The position numbers were made by a program, and so were the translations under genes. Shown piece after piece: positions 1 through 8,157 of a stretch of 64,000 nt of DNA. The notes beneath the pieces are model-generated. The model saw only the letters and a program-made list of their open reading frames with translations, was not told the origin of the DNA and searched no databases. The stretch comes from Bacteroidia bacterium. Lineage in GTDB: Bacteria > Bacteroidota > Bacteroidia > NS11-12g > UBA9320. The first letter of the stretch is position 1. Every line of letters begins with the position of its first letter. The stretch covers positions 160,001-224,000 of the forward strand of contig CBDCFW010000001.1 of assembly GCA_965216465.1 (NCBI GenBank), read 5' to 3'.

Positions 1-586
1 GCACTGCAATTCCTCCGCTCGAGTTAACTGCATCAACAGCTATAGTGTAGTTCTTTTCTCTTATTGCTTCTACATTGACTAATGGTAGTTTTAAGATCTC
101 TTCAATGTGCCAATCGATGTAACCTTCCTTTTGCGTGTAGCTTCCAATATCATCAATCTCGTTGTAGTTAAAATCAGACTCTTTTACACGAGCAATGATC
201 TCTTCGCCGAGTTCTGATGATATGAATTCTCCCTTTTCGTTTAATAACTTAAGAGCATTCCATTGCTTAGGGTTATGGCTCGCAGTAAGTATTATACCTC
301 CGGCTGCTTGTTCATTCACCACGGCCATTTCAACAGTAGGAGTCGTTGAAAGTCCGAGGTCAACTACTTCGACACCCTTACTGATCAAGGTTCCGCAAAC
401 AAGCTGATTAACCATTGATCCTGAGAGTCTTGCATCTCTACCAACAACAATTTTTTTATTCTCAGTGTTTGCGATTACATCTGCGAAAGCAGTGGTGTAT
501 TTCACAACATCTATAGGGGTTAACGATTCATCTTCGCGGCCGCCAATAGTTCCTCTAATTCCAGATATAGATTTAATTAAGGTCAT
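1..586 (-). CDS. glmM: Phosphoglucosamine mutase, 5' part (runs off window start)
   Basis: Manual translation from ATG at 586: MTLIKSISGIRGTIGG...GRDARLSG...STPTVEMAV...GGIILTASHNPKQWNALKLLN; catalytic TASHNP motif. Not in the ORF track. Confidence 0.9.
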   Translation of the reverse strand, partial: MTLIKSISGIRGTIGGREDESLTPIDVVKYTTAFADVIANTENKKIVVGRDARLSGSMVNQLVCGTLISKGVEVVDLGLSTTPTVEMAVVNEQAAGGIILTASHNPKQWNALKLLNEKGEFISSELGEEIIARVKESDFNYNEIDDIGSYTQKEGYIDWHIEEILKLPLVNVEAIREKNYTIAVDAVNSSGGIAV

Positions 587-683
587 CTAGTTTAGGTTTC
601 TAATATCTATCGCAAAGGAAGTTTGTTTGCCGAACTAACGGGCATTTTCGTACCAAAACATATACTCATTTTAGTGTGGATTA

Positions 684-1361
684 CTATTTAAACCAAAATG
701 TAAATCCAGCGTTTCCAAATGTGTCTGCGACACCAAATACAATTACTCCTCCTTCGGTAAAATCTCCTTCAGTTTGATTCACTAAGCTCGCTACATTCGT
801 TTCTACAAAAAAACTAATTCTAATTCCAGACTCAGCAAAAAGAGAAAGATATTGAGTTGGGAAGTACTCACCCCTTAAGCCTAAGCCAATAATGGTGGAA
901 GTAAAATCTTCTTCACGATCATCGAAACCGCTTACAGAACTTGTTGCAGTACCGTTGAATATATCAACACCCAGTACCGGAGATATAGTAACACTTTGAT
1001 CTTGGCCAAGTTTAATTAAGGGTGCTTGAACACCTAGTTTAATTATAGTTCCGGTTGTCTTCACTTGACTAAATGTGTTAAAATCAGATTCGCTTCTTCG
1101 CTTGGATGACATCACGCCAAATCCTCCATTAATAATCAAATCATCAAGTAAAAAGTACCGTAAATTAACAGCACCTCCTCCATTACTTGTTTTATAAGTA
1201 AAGTTTGAAGGTTCTCCGGTTTCCGAGTTCGAGTATCCTAGGCTAACATCTGCTCCAATGCCAAAACGGCCTTTCTTGTTTGCCCAATTGGGACTGGTTG
1301 TTTGTCCAAAACAAAGTGATGATACTGCGAATAGAAATAATAAGGTTAAAAATTTTTTCAT
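684..1361 (-). CDS. Outer-membrane beta-barrel protein (OmpA-like transmembrane domain)
   Basis: Signal peptide, alternating amphipathic strands, C-terminal aromatic signature GFTFWFK. Confidence 0.7.
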   Translation of the reverse strand: MKKFLTLLFLFAVSSLCFGQTTSPNWANKKGRFGIGADVSLGYSNSETGEPSNFTYKTSNGGGAVNLRYFLLDDLIINGGFGVMSSKRRSESDFNTFSQVKTTGTIIKLGVQAPLIKLGQDQSVTISPVLGVDIFNGTATSSVSGFDDREEDFTSTIIGLGLRGEYFPTQYLSLFAESGIRISFFVETNVASLVNQTEGDFTEGGVIVFGVADTFGNAGFTFWFK

Positions 1362-1436
1362 GGTTGTGTTAGTTGGTCTTCTTCAATTTTAACAATTTTT
1401 CTTCAATGCATCAACGCAACTAATATTAACCTTTCT

Positions 1437-2459
1437 TTGAAGCATATGATAAAGATTGCGTGGTCTCTAGCATTAATCCTTGCTTTTTCCTGCACACCCA
1501 TTAAAGAAAAGGAATCGTATAGTGTGGCATTTTATAACGTCGAGAACTTGTTCGACACAATTAACAACCCACGTACATACGACGATGATTACACACCTAA
1601 TGGGAATCGCCAATGGAATACAGAACGTTATAAGACCAAAGTACTCAATCTTTCGAACGTGTTATCTGGGATTGTAGATGGCTATCCAGCCGATTTTGTT
1701 GGATTGTGTGAAGTGGAAAATAAAGAAGTGGTTATGGACCTTATTCATCAACCTGGATTAGAAAACACCTTGTACGATGTAGTTCATTACGACTCGAAAG
1801 ATGAACGCGGTATGGACGTAGCATTTATTTACAACAGCTTGGTTTTTACAGCCACAGAATCGAAGTCACTACCCATAGACATGAGTGAATGGAGAGACTA
1901 TACACGCGACATACTGTACGTCAAGGGCAACCTTGCCAACGGTGAGGAGTTGCACTTTTTTGTAAACCATTGGCCGAGTCGACGAGAAGGCCGTAAGAAA
2001 TCAGAGCCCAAACGGATGCAAGCAGCCAAAGAATTGAATAAGTACAAACAAGAAATCTTAAACCTTGATCCCAACGCTAAAATCATCGTGATGGGCGACT
2101 TCAATGATGAACCCTCAAACCGAAGTATCTCAGACGGATTAAATTCAACTTCAGTAGTTTATGAAGTAGGTGATGGACTATACAATACCATGGCTGATTT
2201 GGAAGAGCAAGATCTTGGAAGCTATAAGTATGGCAGATGGTGGGATATGTTAGACCAGATTATGTTGAGCAATGCATTGATGACCACAGATACAGGTCAA
2301 GTCTCTTATCAGCTAAACTCGGCCAGTATTTATTCTGAAGAATGGATAGTACAACACGGGAAATACGAAGGATCGCCGCTTCGAACCTTCGGTGGTAAGA
2401 ATTATTTAGGTGGATTCAGCGACCATTTCCCTGTTTATATCAAGTTGATAATCAATTGA
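1437..2459 (+). CDS. Endonuclease/exonuclease/phosphatase family lipoprotein
   Basis: Lipobox AFSC; motifs FYNVENLFD, GLCEVEN, VNHWPSR, MGDFND, DQI, GFSDHFPV. Start may be ATG 1446. Confidence 0.9.
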   Translation: MKHMIKIAWSLALILAFSCTPIKEKESYSVAFYNVENLFDTINNPRTYDDDYTPNGNRQWNTERYKTKVLNLSNVLSGIVDGYPADFVGLCEVENKEVVMDLIHQPGLENTLYDVVHYDSKDERGMDVAFIYNSLVFTATESKSLPIDMSEWRDYTRDILYVKGNLANGEELHFFVNHWPSRREGRKKSEPKRMQAAKELNKYKQEILNLDPNAKIIVMGDFNDEPSNRSISDGLNSTSVVYEVGDGLYNTMADLEEQDLGSYKYGRWWDMLDQIMLSNALMTTDTGQVSYQLNSASIYSEEWIVQHGKYEGSPLRTFGGKNYLGGFSDHFPVYIKLIIN

Positions 2460-2482
2460 ACAAATAAGCGTTTAAAAAACTA

Positions 2483-2490
2483 TACATTTG
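2483..2490 (+). promoter_or_regulatory. Bacteroidota sigma70 -7 element (TACATTTG) for rnpB
   Basis: Exact TAnnTTTG match immediately before the RNase P RNA P1 stem. Confidence 0.8.
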
Positions 2491-2491
2491 C

Positions 2492-2857
2492 AAAGCAAAA
2501 TGGCTTATCGCTTCATTGATTTTTGATGAAGAGGAAAGTCCGGGCAACACAGGGCAGTGCACCTTTGGAAACAGAGGGTATCGCAGCAGAAATGAGGTGA
2601 TAACAGAAAGTGTAGCAGAAAATTACCACCAGTATTTTACTGGCCAGGGTGAAAACGTGAGGTAAGAGCTCACGCATTTAGGTGGCAACATCTATTTGGT
2701 ACAAACCTTGCACGTTGTAAAACCAAGTAAACTAAAGCTTGAGGGCGGCCCGCTCAAATTCTTCGGAATGCTTTAGAGGGTAGGTTGCGTAGATAAATGA
2801 TAGGCTCTTATCACACTTTGTGCGGTATAGACAGAACCCGGCTTATAGTTTTGCTTT
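2492..2857 (+). ncRNA. rnpB: RNase P RNA (class A)
   Basis: GAGGAAAGTCCGGGC near the 5' end, ACAGAACCCGGCTTAT near the 3' end; terminal P1 pairing AAAGCAAAAT/GTTTTGCTTT. Confidence 0.97.
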
Positions 2858-2879
2858 TTATAACATACTAAACCTTAAT

Positions 2880-4241
2880 ATGGCAAGAATATTAATTGTA
2901 GACGACGAAGAAAGTATCAGAGAAACGCTAAAAGAAATTTTAGACTACGAGGGATACGAAATTGAAGAAGCTCCAGATGGAGAGAAGGCTCTATCGCTAA
3001 TTAAGAAATTTAATTACGATGCTGTTTTGGCTGACATCAAAATGCCTAAGCTTGATGGACTCGAATTGCTTGAAAAAGCAAAAGAAGTAGCACCTGAACT
3101 TCCATTTATTATGATCTCTGGTCATGGTACCATGGAAACAGCGGTAGAAGCAACTAAAAAAGGAGCATTTGACTTTATTAGTAAACCTCCAGATTTAAAT
3201 AAGCTCTTAATCACCGTTCGTAACGCAGTAGATAAAAACAACTTAGTTATTGAGACTAAGGTGTTAAAGCGTAAGATTACCAAAACCCGTCCAATTATTG
3301 GAGATGCTCCAAGCATCAAAAAAATAAAGCAGACCATCGAGAAGGTAGCTCCTACTGATGCGCGTGTAATGATTACTGGAGAAAACGGTACAGGTAAGGA
3401 ACTTGTAGCACGTTGGATTCACGAAAAAAGTAACCGCTCAGACAAGCCTATTATCGAAGTTAACTGTGCCGCGATTCCATCAGAACTTATTGAAAGTGAG
3501 CTTTTTGGACATGAAAAAGGTTCATTTACTTCTGCAGTTAAGCAGAAGCTGGGTAAGTTTGAAAAAGCGAATGGCGGAACGCTCTTCTTAGATGAGATTG
3601 GAGACATGAGTCTTTCTGCTCAAGCCAAAGTTTTGAGAGCGTTACAAGAGAATAAAATTACGCGTGTTGGTGGTGAGAAGGACATTAATGTAGATGTTCG
3701 TGTTATCGCTGCGACCAATAAAGATTTGATGCACGAAATTCAAGAAGGTAACTTCAGAGAAGACCTCTACCATAGAATTTCGGTGATTGTAATTCACGTT
3801 CCTACGTTAAATGAAAGAGTATCTGATATTCCAACGCTTGCAGAAAAATTTATGGAAGAAATCTGTCAAGACAATGGAATAAATAAAAAGCAGATTACTG
3901 CTGGAGCAATGGATGCTCTGAAAAACATTTACTGGAGTGGTAATATTCGCGAGTTGCGTAACATTATTGAACGATTGATCATCTTATGCGACCAGAAAAT
4001 TACAGAGGAAGATGTTCAGTTATATGCCAACAACGGTAAAAAGAAACCAGGTACAATTGATGCTATCAATGAGTTTTCTCGTTTCCAAGACTTCAAAGAC
4101 TATGCTGAGAAAATGTTTATCGATGCCAAATTGAAGAAGAACAATTGGAACGTAGCTAAGACCGCTGCAGAAATCGACATTCAAAGAAGTCACTTGTACA
4201 ATAAGATTGATAAGTTTAGTCTTAAGCGTGACAAAAAATGA
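2880..4241 (+). CDS. Sigma-54-dependent response regulator (NtrC/NtrX family; REC-AAA+-Fis HTH)
   Basis: ILIVDDE receiver, GENGTGKE Walker A, ESELFGHEKGSFTSA, LFLDEIGD, C-terminal HTH. True start is ATG 2880; the track start lies inside rnpB. Confidence 0.92.
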   Translation: MARILIVDDEESIRETLKEILDYEGYEIEEAPDGEKALSLIKKFNYDAVLADIKMPKLDGLELLEKAKEVAPELPFIMISGHGTMETAVEATKKGAFDFISKPPDLNKLLITVRNAVDKNNLVIETKVLKRKITKTRPIIGDAPSIKKIKQTIEKVAPTDARVMITGENGTGKELVARWIHEKSNRSDKPIIEVNCAAIPSELIESELFGHEKGSFTSAVKQKLGKFEKANGGTLFLDEIGDMSLSAQAKVLRALQENKITRVGGEKDINVDVRVIAATNKDLMHEIQEGNFREDLYHRISVIVIHVPTLNERVSDIPTLAEKFMEEICQDNGINKKQITAGAMDALKNIYWSGNIRELRNIIERLIILCDQKITEEDVQLYANNGKKKPGTIDAINEFSRFQDFKDYAEKMFIDAKLKKNNWNVAKTAAEIDIQRSHLYNKIDKFSLKRDKK

Positions 4242-5185
4242 TAGGCACGGATGTGTCTGTTGCAGCTAAGCTTTTGCAAAAAGGTGAAGTTGTAGCCATT
4301 CCCACCGAAACAGTTTATGGTTTAGGGGCAAATGCTCTAGACCCAAGCGCTGTCACTAAGATTTATCAAACCAAGGAACGTCCTTCGTTCAATCCATTAA
4401 TTCTTCATCTTCCAAATTTAGAAGCAGCAAGGCCTTATATTCAGGATGTTCATCCTATGGCTCAACAATTGGCTGACCGATTTTGGCCAGGCAGCTTGAG
4501 CTTGCTATTTCCAAAAACAGACATGGTTCCTGATATTGTTACTGCTGGATTGCCCAATGTGGTTATACGCGTCCCAAATCATGAATTAACGTTGCAATTA
4601 TTGCAGGAAGTAAAATTTCCGGTCGCAGCACCAAGTGCCAATATATCGAATACCGTTAGTCCAACTTCCGCAGAGCGGGTTCAACAGAACTTAGGTGATA
4701 AGATAGAGTACATTTTAGATGGCGGACCATGTACGGTTGGAGTGGAAAGTACAATCGTTTCCTTTGTTGATGATGAAGTTACGATTTTGCGTGAAGGAGG
4801 AATTAGCAAGGAAGAAATCGAAGCGGAGTTAGGAATTTCGGTATCGTATAAGAAGGCAAAAGAGGTTACTGCACCGGGCCAGCTTAAACGTCACTATGCG
4901 ACTCGAAAGCCGCTTTATGTTGTTGACGACATCGAAGAGGCCATGCTCAGCTTTAGGGATAAGAAGGTTTCGGCCATGTTGTTTGAAACCAAGCAGATTA
5001 AAGCCAATAAGGTATACCTCCTCTCCCACAACTACAATCTATCGGAAATAGCCATCAATTTATTTGAGATGATGAATAAGGCAGACGAAGACAATAGTGA
5101 AATCATCTTAGTAGAACGTATCAAAGAAGAGGGAATTGGAAAGGCTATCGCAGATCGTTTAAGAAGGGCGAGCACTGAGCTCTAA
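4238..5185 (+). CDS. tsaC: L-threonylcarbamoyladenylate synthase (Sua5/TsaC)
   Basis: PTETVYGLGA, KERPSFNPLI, APSAN, GVESTI, APGQ..HYA Sua5 linker. Confidence 0.93.
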   Translation: MIGTDVSVAAKLLQKGEVVAIPTETVYGLGANALDPSAVTKIYQTKERPSFNPLILHLPNLEAARPYIQDVHPMAQQLADRFWPGSLSLLFPKTDMVPDIVTAGLPNVVIRVPNHELTLQLLQEVKFPVAAPSANISNTVSPTSAERVQQNLGDKIEYILDGGPCTVGVESTIVSFVDDEVTILREGGISKEEIEAELGISVSYKKAKEVTAPGQLKRHYATRKPLYVVDDIEEAMLSFRDKKVSAMLFETKQIKANKVYLLSHNYNLSEIAINLFEMMNKADEDNSEIILVERIKEEGIGKAIADRLRRASTEL

Positions 5186-5256
5186 CACACTCTAAACTCA
5201 AACTCTTGCTCAAAACTCTTGCTCAAAACTCTTGCTCACACTCAAACCTTAACCCC
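5186..5256. repeat. Degenerate hexamer / 13-mer tandem repeat (CAAAACTCTTGCT x~3)
   Basis: CAAACTCTTGCT CAAAACTCTTGCT CAAAACTCTTGCT CACACTCAAAC read directly after the tsaC stop. Confidence 0.85.
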
Positions 5257-5397
5257 CTAAATATTCCAAATCAGAATTTCATCTGACTCGTTGTAGGAGT
5301 CTTCTGTAGAGGAGTAGTCGTCTGGATTGATGATTTTCATCATGCAAGTGCTTTCAGGATTTTCTGTAGCTTGCTTTATGAGTTCGTAGTATGACAT
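5257..5397 (-). CDS. 46-aa acidic small protein (MSYYELIKQATENPESTCMMKIINPDDYSSTEDSYNESDEILIWNI)
   Basis: ATG-to-TAG ORF below the track cutoff, with a canonical TAGCTTTG -7 element ~21 nt upstream. Confidence 0.6.
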   Translation of the reverse strand: MSYYELIKQATENPESTCMMKIINPDDYSSTEDSYNESDEILIWNI

Positions 5398-5418
5398 AGT
5401 GAATTAAAATCGTTGCTT

Positions 5419-5426
5419 CAAAGCTA
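5419..5426 (-). promoter_or_regulatory. -7 promoter element TAGCTTTG for the small ORF 5257-5397
   Basis: Exact TAnnTTTG on the minus strand. Confidence 0.6.
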
Positions 5427-5562
5427 GCGAGTTATGAAATGAACTTATACATCATTTTCTACACATAATGTGTATAGAATTGGATAGCGGACGGTTTGAT
5501 GAAGTCTTCTTACTTCGTCGTAATGCCTTAATCAACCAATTTAAGCTCTCTCGAAAAGGACA

Positions 5563-5597
5563 TAGAGTTGAGTGTGAGCAAGAGAGTGAGAGTACGA
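5563..5597. repeat. GA-rich hexamer repeat; contains a 17-bp perfect inverted copy of 5229-5245
   Basis: TTGAGTGTGAGCAAGAG (5568-5584) is the reverse complement of CTCTTGCTCACACTCAA (5229-5245). Confidence 0.8.
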
Positions 5598-5607
5598 ATT
5601 CTACCTA

Positions 5608-5635
5608 TTCAAGGTCTCTTGGAGAGGACCTTGAA
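5608..5635. repeat. REP-like palindrome
   Basis: TTCAAGGTC-TCTTGGAGAG-GACCTTGAA, 9-bp perfect stem with no U-tract. Confidence 0.5.
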
Positions 5636-5719
5636 GAGTCAAATGCCTACTTATTAAACCTACATGGTAAAATCATTCACCAACCTTTGCTATATTCGAT
5701 TCCTGAACTTCTTTAATAA

Positions 5720-5905
5720 ATGGAAAACCTCTACTTCATCTTCAAAGAAACCACTGCAATATTCATTATTTGGGTAGTTGCAGAGCTTATTTTCATGTAC
5801 AAGGACATTGCTCCAAAACAACGATGGAGGTACCGAACTTGGGTACTGGCTAGTGCAGTTTTTATTGGAGTTGCTGTTTATTTGGTTTGGAGGTCGAATT
5901 TCTAG
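5720..5905 (+). CDS. Small two-TM membrane protein, unknown function
   Basis: 61-aa ORF with two hydrophobic segments and a basic loop; A-rich context before ATG. Confidence 0.55.
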   Translation: MENLYFIFKETTAIFIIWVVAELIFMYKDIAPKQRWRYRTWVLASAVFIGVAVYLVWRSNF

Positions 5906-5960
5906 GTACCAAGTAATTAAGATCCCTAATGTAGACCTTTGATTAGGATTTCGTTGCATC

Positions 5961-6227
5961 CTAGTAACTCAACAGTATTCCGCAAATGGTGAAAACACCA
6001 AAAGCAACCCAAAACAAGATTGAAAGAAATCTCACATGCTTAGGTTGTATGGCTAAATTTAAAGGATTTAATGCGTACCATTTTGAATAGTGAGTTTTCA
6101 TTAAAAAACCTTCATCCTTAAAATCACTTCTATACAAATAGATATAATGCAAAATATATTTGAGAGCAAACGCACCAAAAGCAGTTAGTCCAGAGTAAAA
6201 TGATATGTCATATATTAAGGGTTGCAT
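5961..6227 (-). CDS. Small two-TM membrane protein, unknown function
   Basis: ORF with two hydrophobic helices; ATG 6227 preferred over the track TTG 6266. Confidence 0.55.
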   Translation of the reverse strand: MQPLIYDISFYSGLTAFGAFALKYILHYIYLYRSDFKDEGFLMKTHYSKWYALNPLNLAIQPKHVRFLSILFWVAFGVFTICGILLSY

Positions 6228-6330
6228 CGAATTTTCAATAGAGCAATTATTCACCAAAATAAACAATTTGAATTGAAACCAGCATAGTGCACCTTAAATG
6301 AGCTGAATCAAACAAGTGTACCAATATTTG

Positions 6331-6392
6331 CAGTCAGTGGGAGATTGAGGGCGAATGCAGATGATTCTACCTGCACTTCGCATTATAAGTTG
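6331..6392 (-). repeat. Structured repeat E4 (degenerate copy)
   Basis: Plus strand CAGTCAGTGGGAGATTGAGGGCGAATGCAGAT-GATTCT-ACCTGCACTTCGC; homologous to E1-E3. Confidence 0.85.
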
Positions 6393-6400
6393 TTTACTAT

Positions 6401-7534
6401 TTATCTAAACTGATCTCTAATTGCAGCAATTGATTTCCCAGAGTTTGAGATTATAAGATACCTTACATCAGACACTATTCTTTTAAACTCCTCGTCATCT
6501 GACAACTCATTTACCGAATCCAAAAAGTCAATTAACTCTATTTCTATGTCTTCTTGATAAAGTATCTGACTATTGTCTTCACTTAAATACTTCTTCAGAA
6601 TGGGAATCGCAATCTTGCTGAGTTCTACTGCTTTCATTCCATTTCTCACACTCAGTCCTTCCTCTTTTATTATTGAGCTCAAATAGTAGTAGTCATTAAT
6701 ATACGACTTGCCAAGTTCAGAAGTTGACAATTCTGCTCTGATATCATAGAAAGTAGACTTGTCAATAATCTTCCCTGACACTTTTTCAGCCTCATTAATG
6801 CCACAAGTTCTTCCATAGCAATCAAAAGTCCCATCTCCATTCGACATGCAGTTCATATCCGGTGCCTCAAAACAAGGGTATTGACAGCCTTCTTTGTCCT
6901 TCTTAGGCTTGTCTGGAACATCAGGAGCTTTTTTAGACTTTAAGTAATTAGCACCTAAAACTTGGTGCAGAAAAACTGCATGATCAGGGACTTCAAATTC
7001 ATAATTACTCCGCAATGAAACTGCAGAAAAGAAGCGTTGATCTAAGTCCATTTGTCTCGCGAAAACTACAAAATCGTTAGTTGAGATTGCGTCAACCTCG
7101 ATTGACTTAAATCGATATGAAAGCTCGTTGCAATCAAATCCATCAACATACAGTCTCCCTTCTTTCAGATAAAAATACAATGCAGCTCTACTGGAATCCA
7201 GATTTAATTTCTCGCTTTTATCAAGTCGATTATTGAAGTATAAGACAATTGAGATTGGAATATTCTCGTCATTCTTCTGTATAAGATTGAACAAGTCCAT
7301 CTTTTGAATAATTGAATCTTGTCCAGTATAGTGAAATGCTAGATGAAAATTATTGTTAGTGTTGCTCTTGTTTGCATAGTACACTTGAAAGGAAATGGCA
7401 GCGAGATCATCACCAAAAAGTGCTGCTTGTTTATCAGGTGAAAACGTGTCGCAAGAAGCACATGTCAATCGATTACTATCCTTACAACTGAAAAGGAGAA
7501 AAAGGGCTAAAAATGCTAATGTTATTTTTTTCAT
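6401..7534 (-). CDS. Hypothetical lipoprotein with a Cys-rich segment and a CFI-box-CTERM-like helical tail
   Basis: Lipobox LFSC; CxxC; CQYPC...C...C...C cluster followed by FYDIRAELSTSELGKSYINDYYYLS. Confidence 0.7.
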   Translation of the reverse strand: MKKITLAFLALFLLFSCKDSNRLTCASCDTFSPDKQAALFGDDLAAISFQVYYANKSNTNNNFHLAFHYTGQDSIIQKMDLFNLIQKNDENIPISIVLYFNNRLDKSEKLNLDSSRAALYFYLKEGRLYVDGFDCNELSYRFKSIEVDAISTNDFVVFARQMDLDQRFFSAVSLRSNYEFEVPDHAVFLHQVLGANYLKSKKAPDVPDKPKKDKEGCQYPCFEAPDMNCMSNGDGTFDCYGRTCGINEAEKVSGKIIDKSTFYDIRAELSTSELGKSYINDYYYLSSIIKEEGLSVRNGMKAVELSKIAIPILKKYLSEDNSQILYQEDIEIELIDFLDSVNELSDDEEFKRIVSDVRYLIISNSGKSIAAIRDQFR

Positions 7535-7598
7535 GTCTTCAAAATGAAAACAACAAGCTCACACATATTGTAGAAATTCTACTACTTCATTAGTTGTT

Positions 7599-7652
7599 TT
7601 AATAAAAATCTTTAACTCCCTTATATACTCTAAGCTTTTCAAAATCAAACAT
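7599..7652 (-). pseudogene. Truncated third four-helix-bundle copy (MFDFEKLRVYKGVKDFY*)
   Basis: Same leader and first codons as the intact copies; TAA after 17 codons. Confidence 0.85.
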
Positions 7653-7667
7653 GTATATCAAAATTCA

Positions 7668-7728
7668 CAGTCAGTGCGAGAATGAGGGCGAATGCAGGTA
7701 GAAGCACCCGTGCTTCACACTCTAACTG
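7668..7728 (-). repeat. Structured repeat E3
   Basis: CAGTCAGTGCGAGAATGAGGGCGA-ATGCAGGTAGAAGCACCCGTGC-TTCACACTCTAACTG. Confidence 0.92.
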
Positions 7729-7732
7729 CATT

Positions 7733-8080
7733 CTACTTCTCCAACTTCCGTATTAGAGCATATAACATCTTAGACAGCTCTTCTGCTTTCTGATAGAGTG
7801 TAGAGTACTCTTTTATATTGAGTTTTGATTTATCTTTAAGTATGTCGCAAATAGCAACACATTCAAATACTGAACTTCTAGAAATAACATAGAAATTTCT
7901 TTTATCACGATTCGTAAATCGTCCTGTACCTTCAGCTATGTTTAAAGCGATACTAAGTGAAGCCCGCTTGAGCTGATTGGTAATTACTGAATCTGGTTTA
8001 CAGTTGTCTAATAGTTTCTCAATTTCAAAATGAAATTCTTTTGCTCGCTTATAGACTGTAAGTTTTTCAAAATCAAACAT
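7733..8080 (-). CDS. Four-helix-bundle protein (23S rRNA IVP / TIGR02436 family), copy 2
   Basis: FEKLxVY, QLKRASLSIALNIAEGTGR, SRSSVFEC, EELSKMLYALI family motifs. Confidence 0.93.
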   Translation of the reverse strand: MFDFEKLTVYKRAKEFHFEIEKLLDNCKPDSVITNQLKRASLSIALNIAEGTGRFTNRDKRNFYVISRSSVFECVAICDILKDKSKLNIKEYSTLYQKAEELSKMLYALIRKLEK

Positions 8081-8095
8081 GCATATCAAAATTCA

Positions 8096-8156
8096 CAGCC
8101 AGTGCGAGAATGAGGGCGAATACGGGTAGAATCACCCGCGCTTCACACTCTAACTG
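8096..8156 (-). repeat. Structured repeat E2
   Basis: CAGCCAGTGCGAGAATGAGGGCGA-ATACGGGTAGAATCACCCGCGC-TTCACACTCTAACTG; 428 bp from E3. Confidence 0.92.
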
Positions 8157-8157
8157 T

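Noticed and set aside
195-407. Short ORFs antisense to or nested in housekeeping genes (this one and many others in the track)
   Set aside because: They are shadow frames of well-supported genes such as glmM, gcdH, thiolase, ffh, recA and the PKD protein.
2820-2879. N-terminal extension of the response regulator
   Set aside because: It overlaps the rnpB 3' end. Similar over-extended track starts at 26640, 32727, 38221, 46649, 49804 and 50100 were also corrected.
5500-5550. Minus-strand LNWLIKALRRSK resembling a four-helix-bundle C-terminus
   Set aside because: Too short, with no upstream family motifs; could be chance.
5468-5716. 82-aa ORF from the track
   Set aside because: It runs through the hexamer repeat and the REP-like palindrome; no recognisable protein features.
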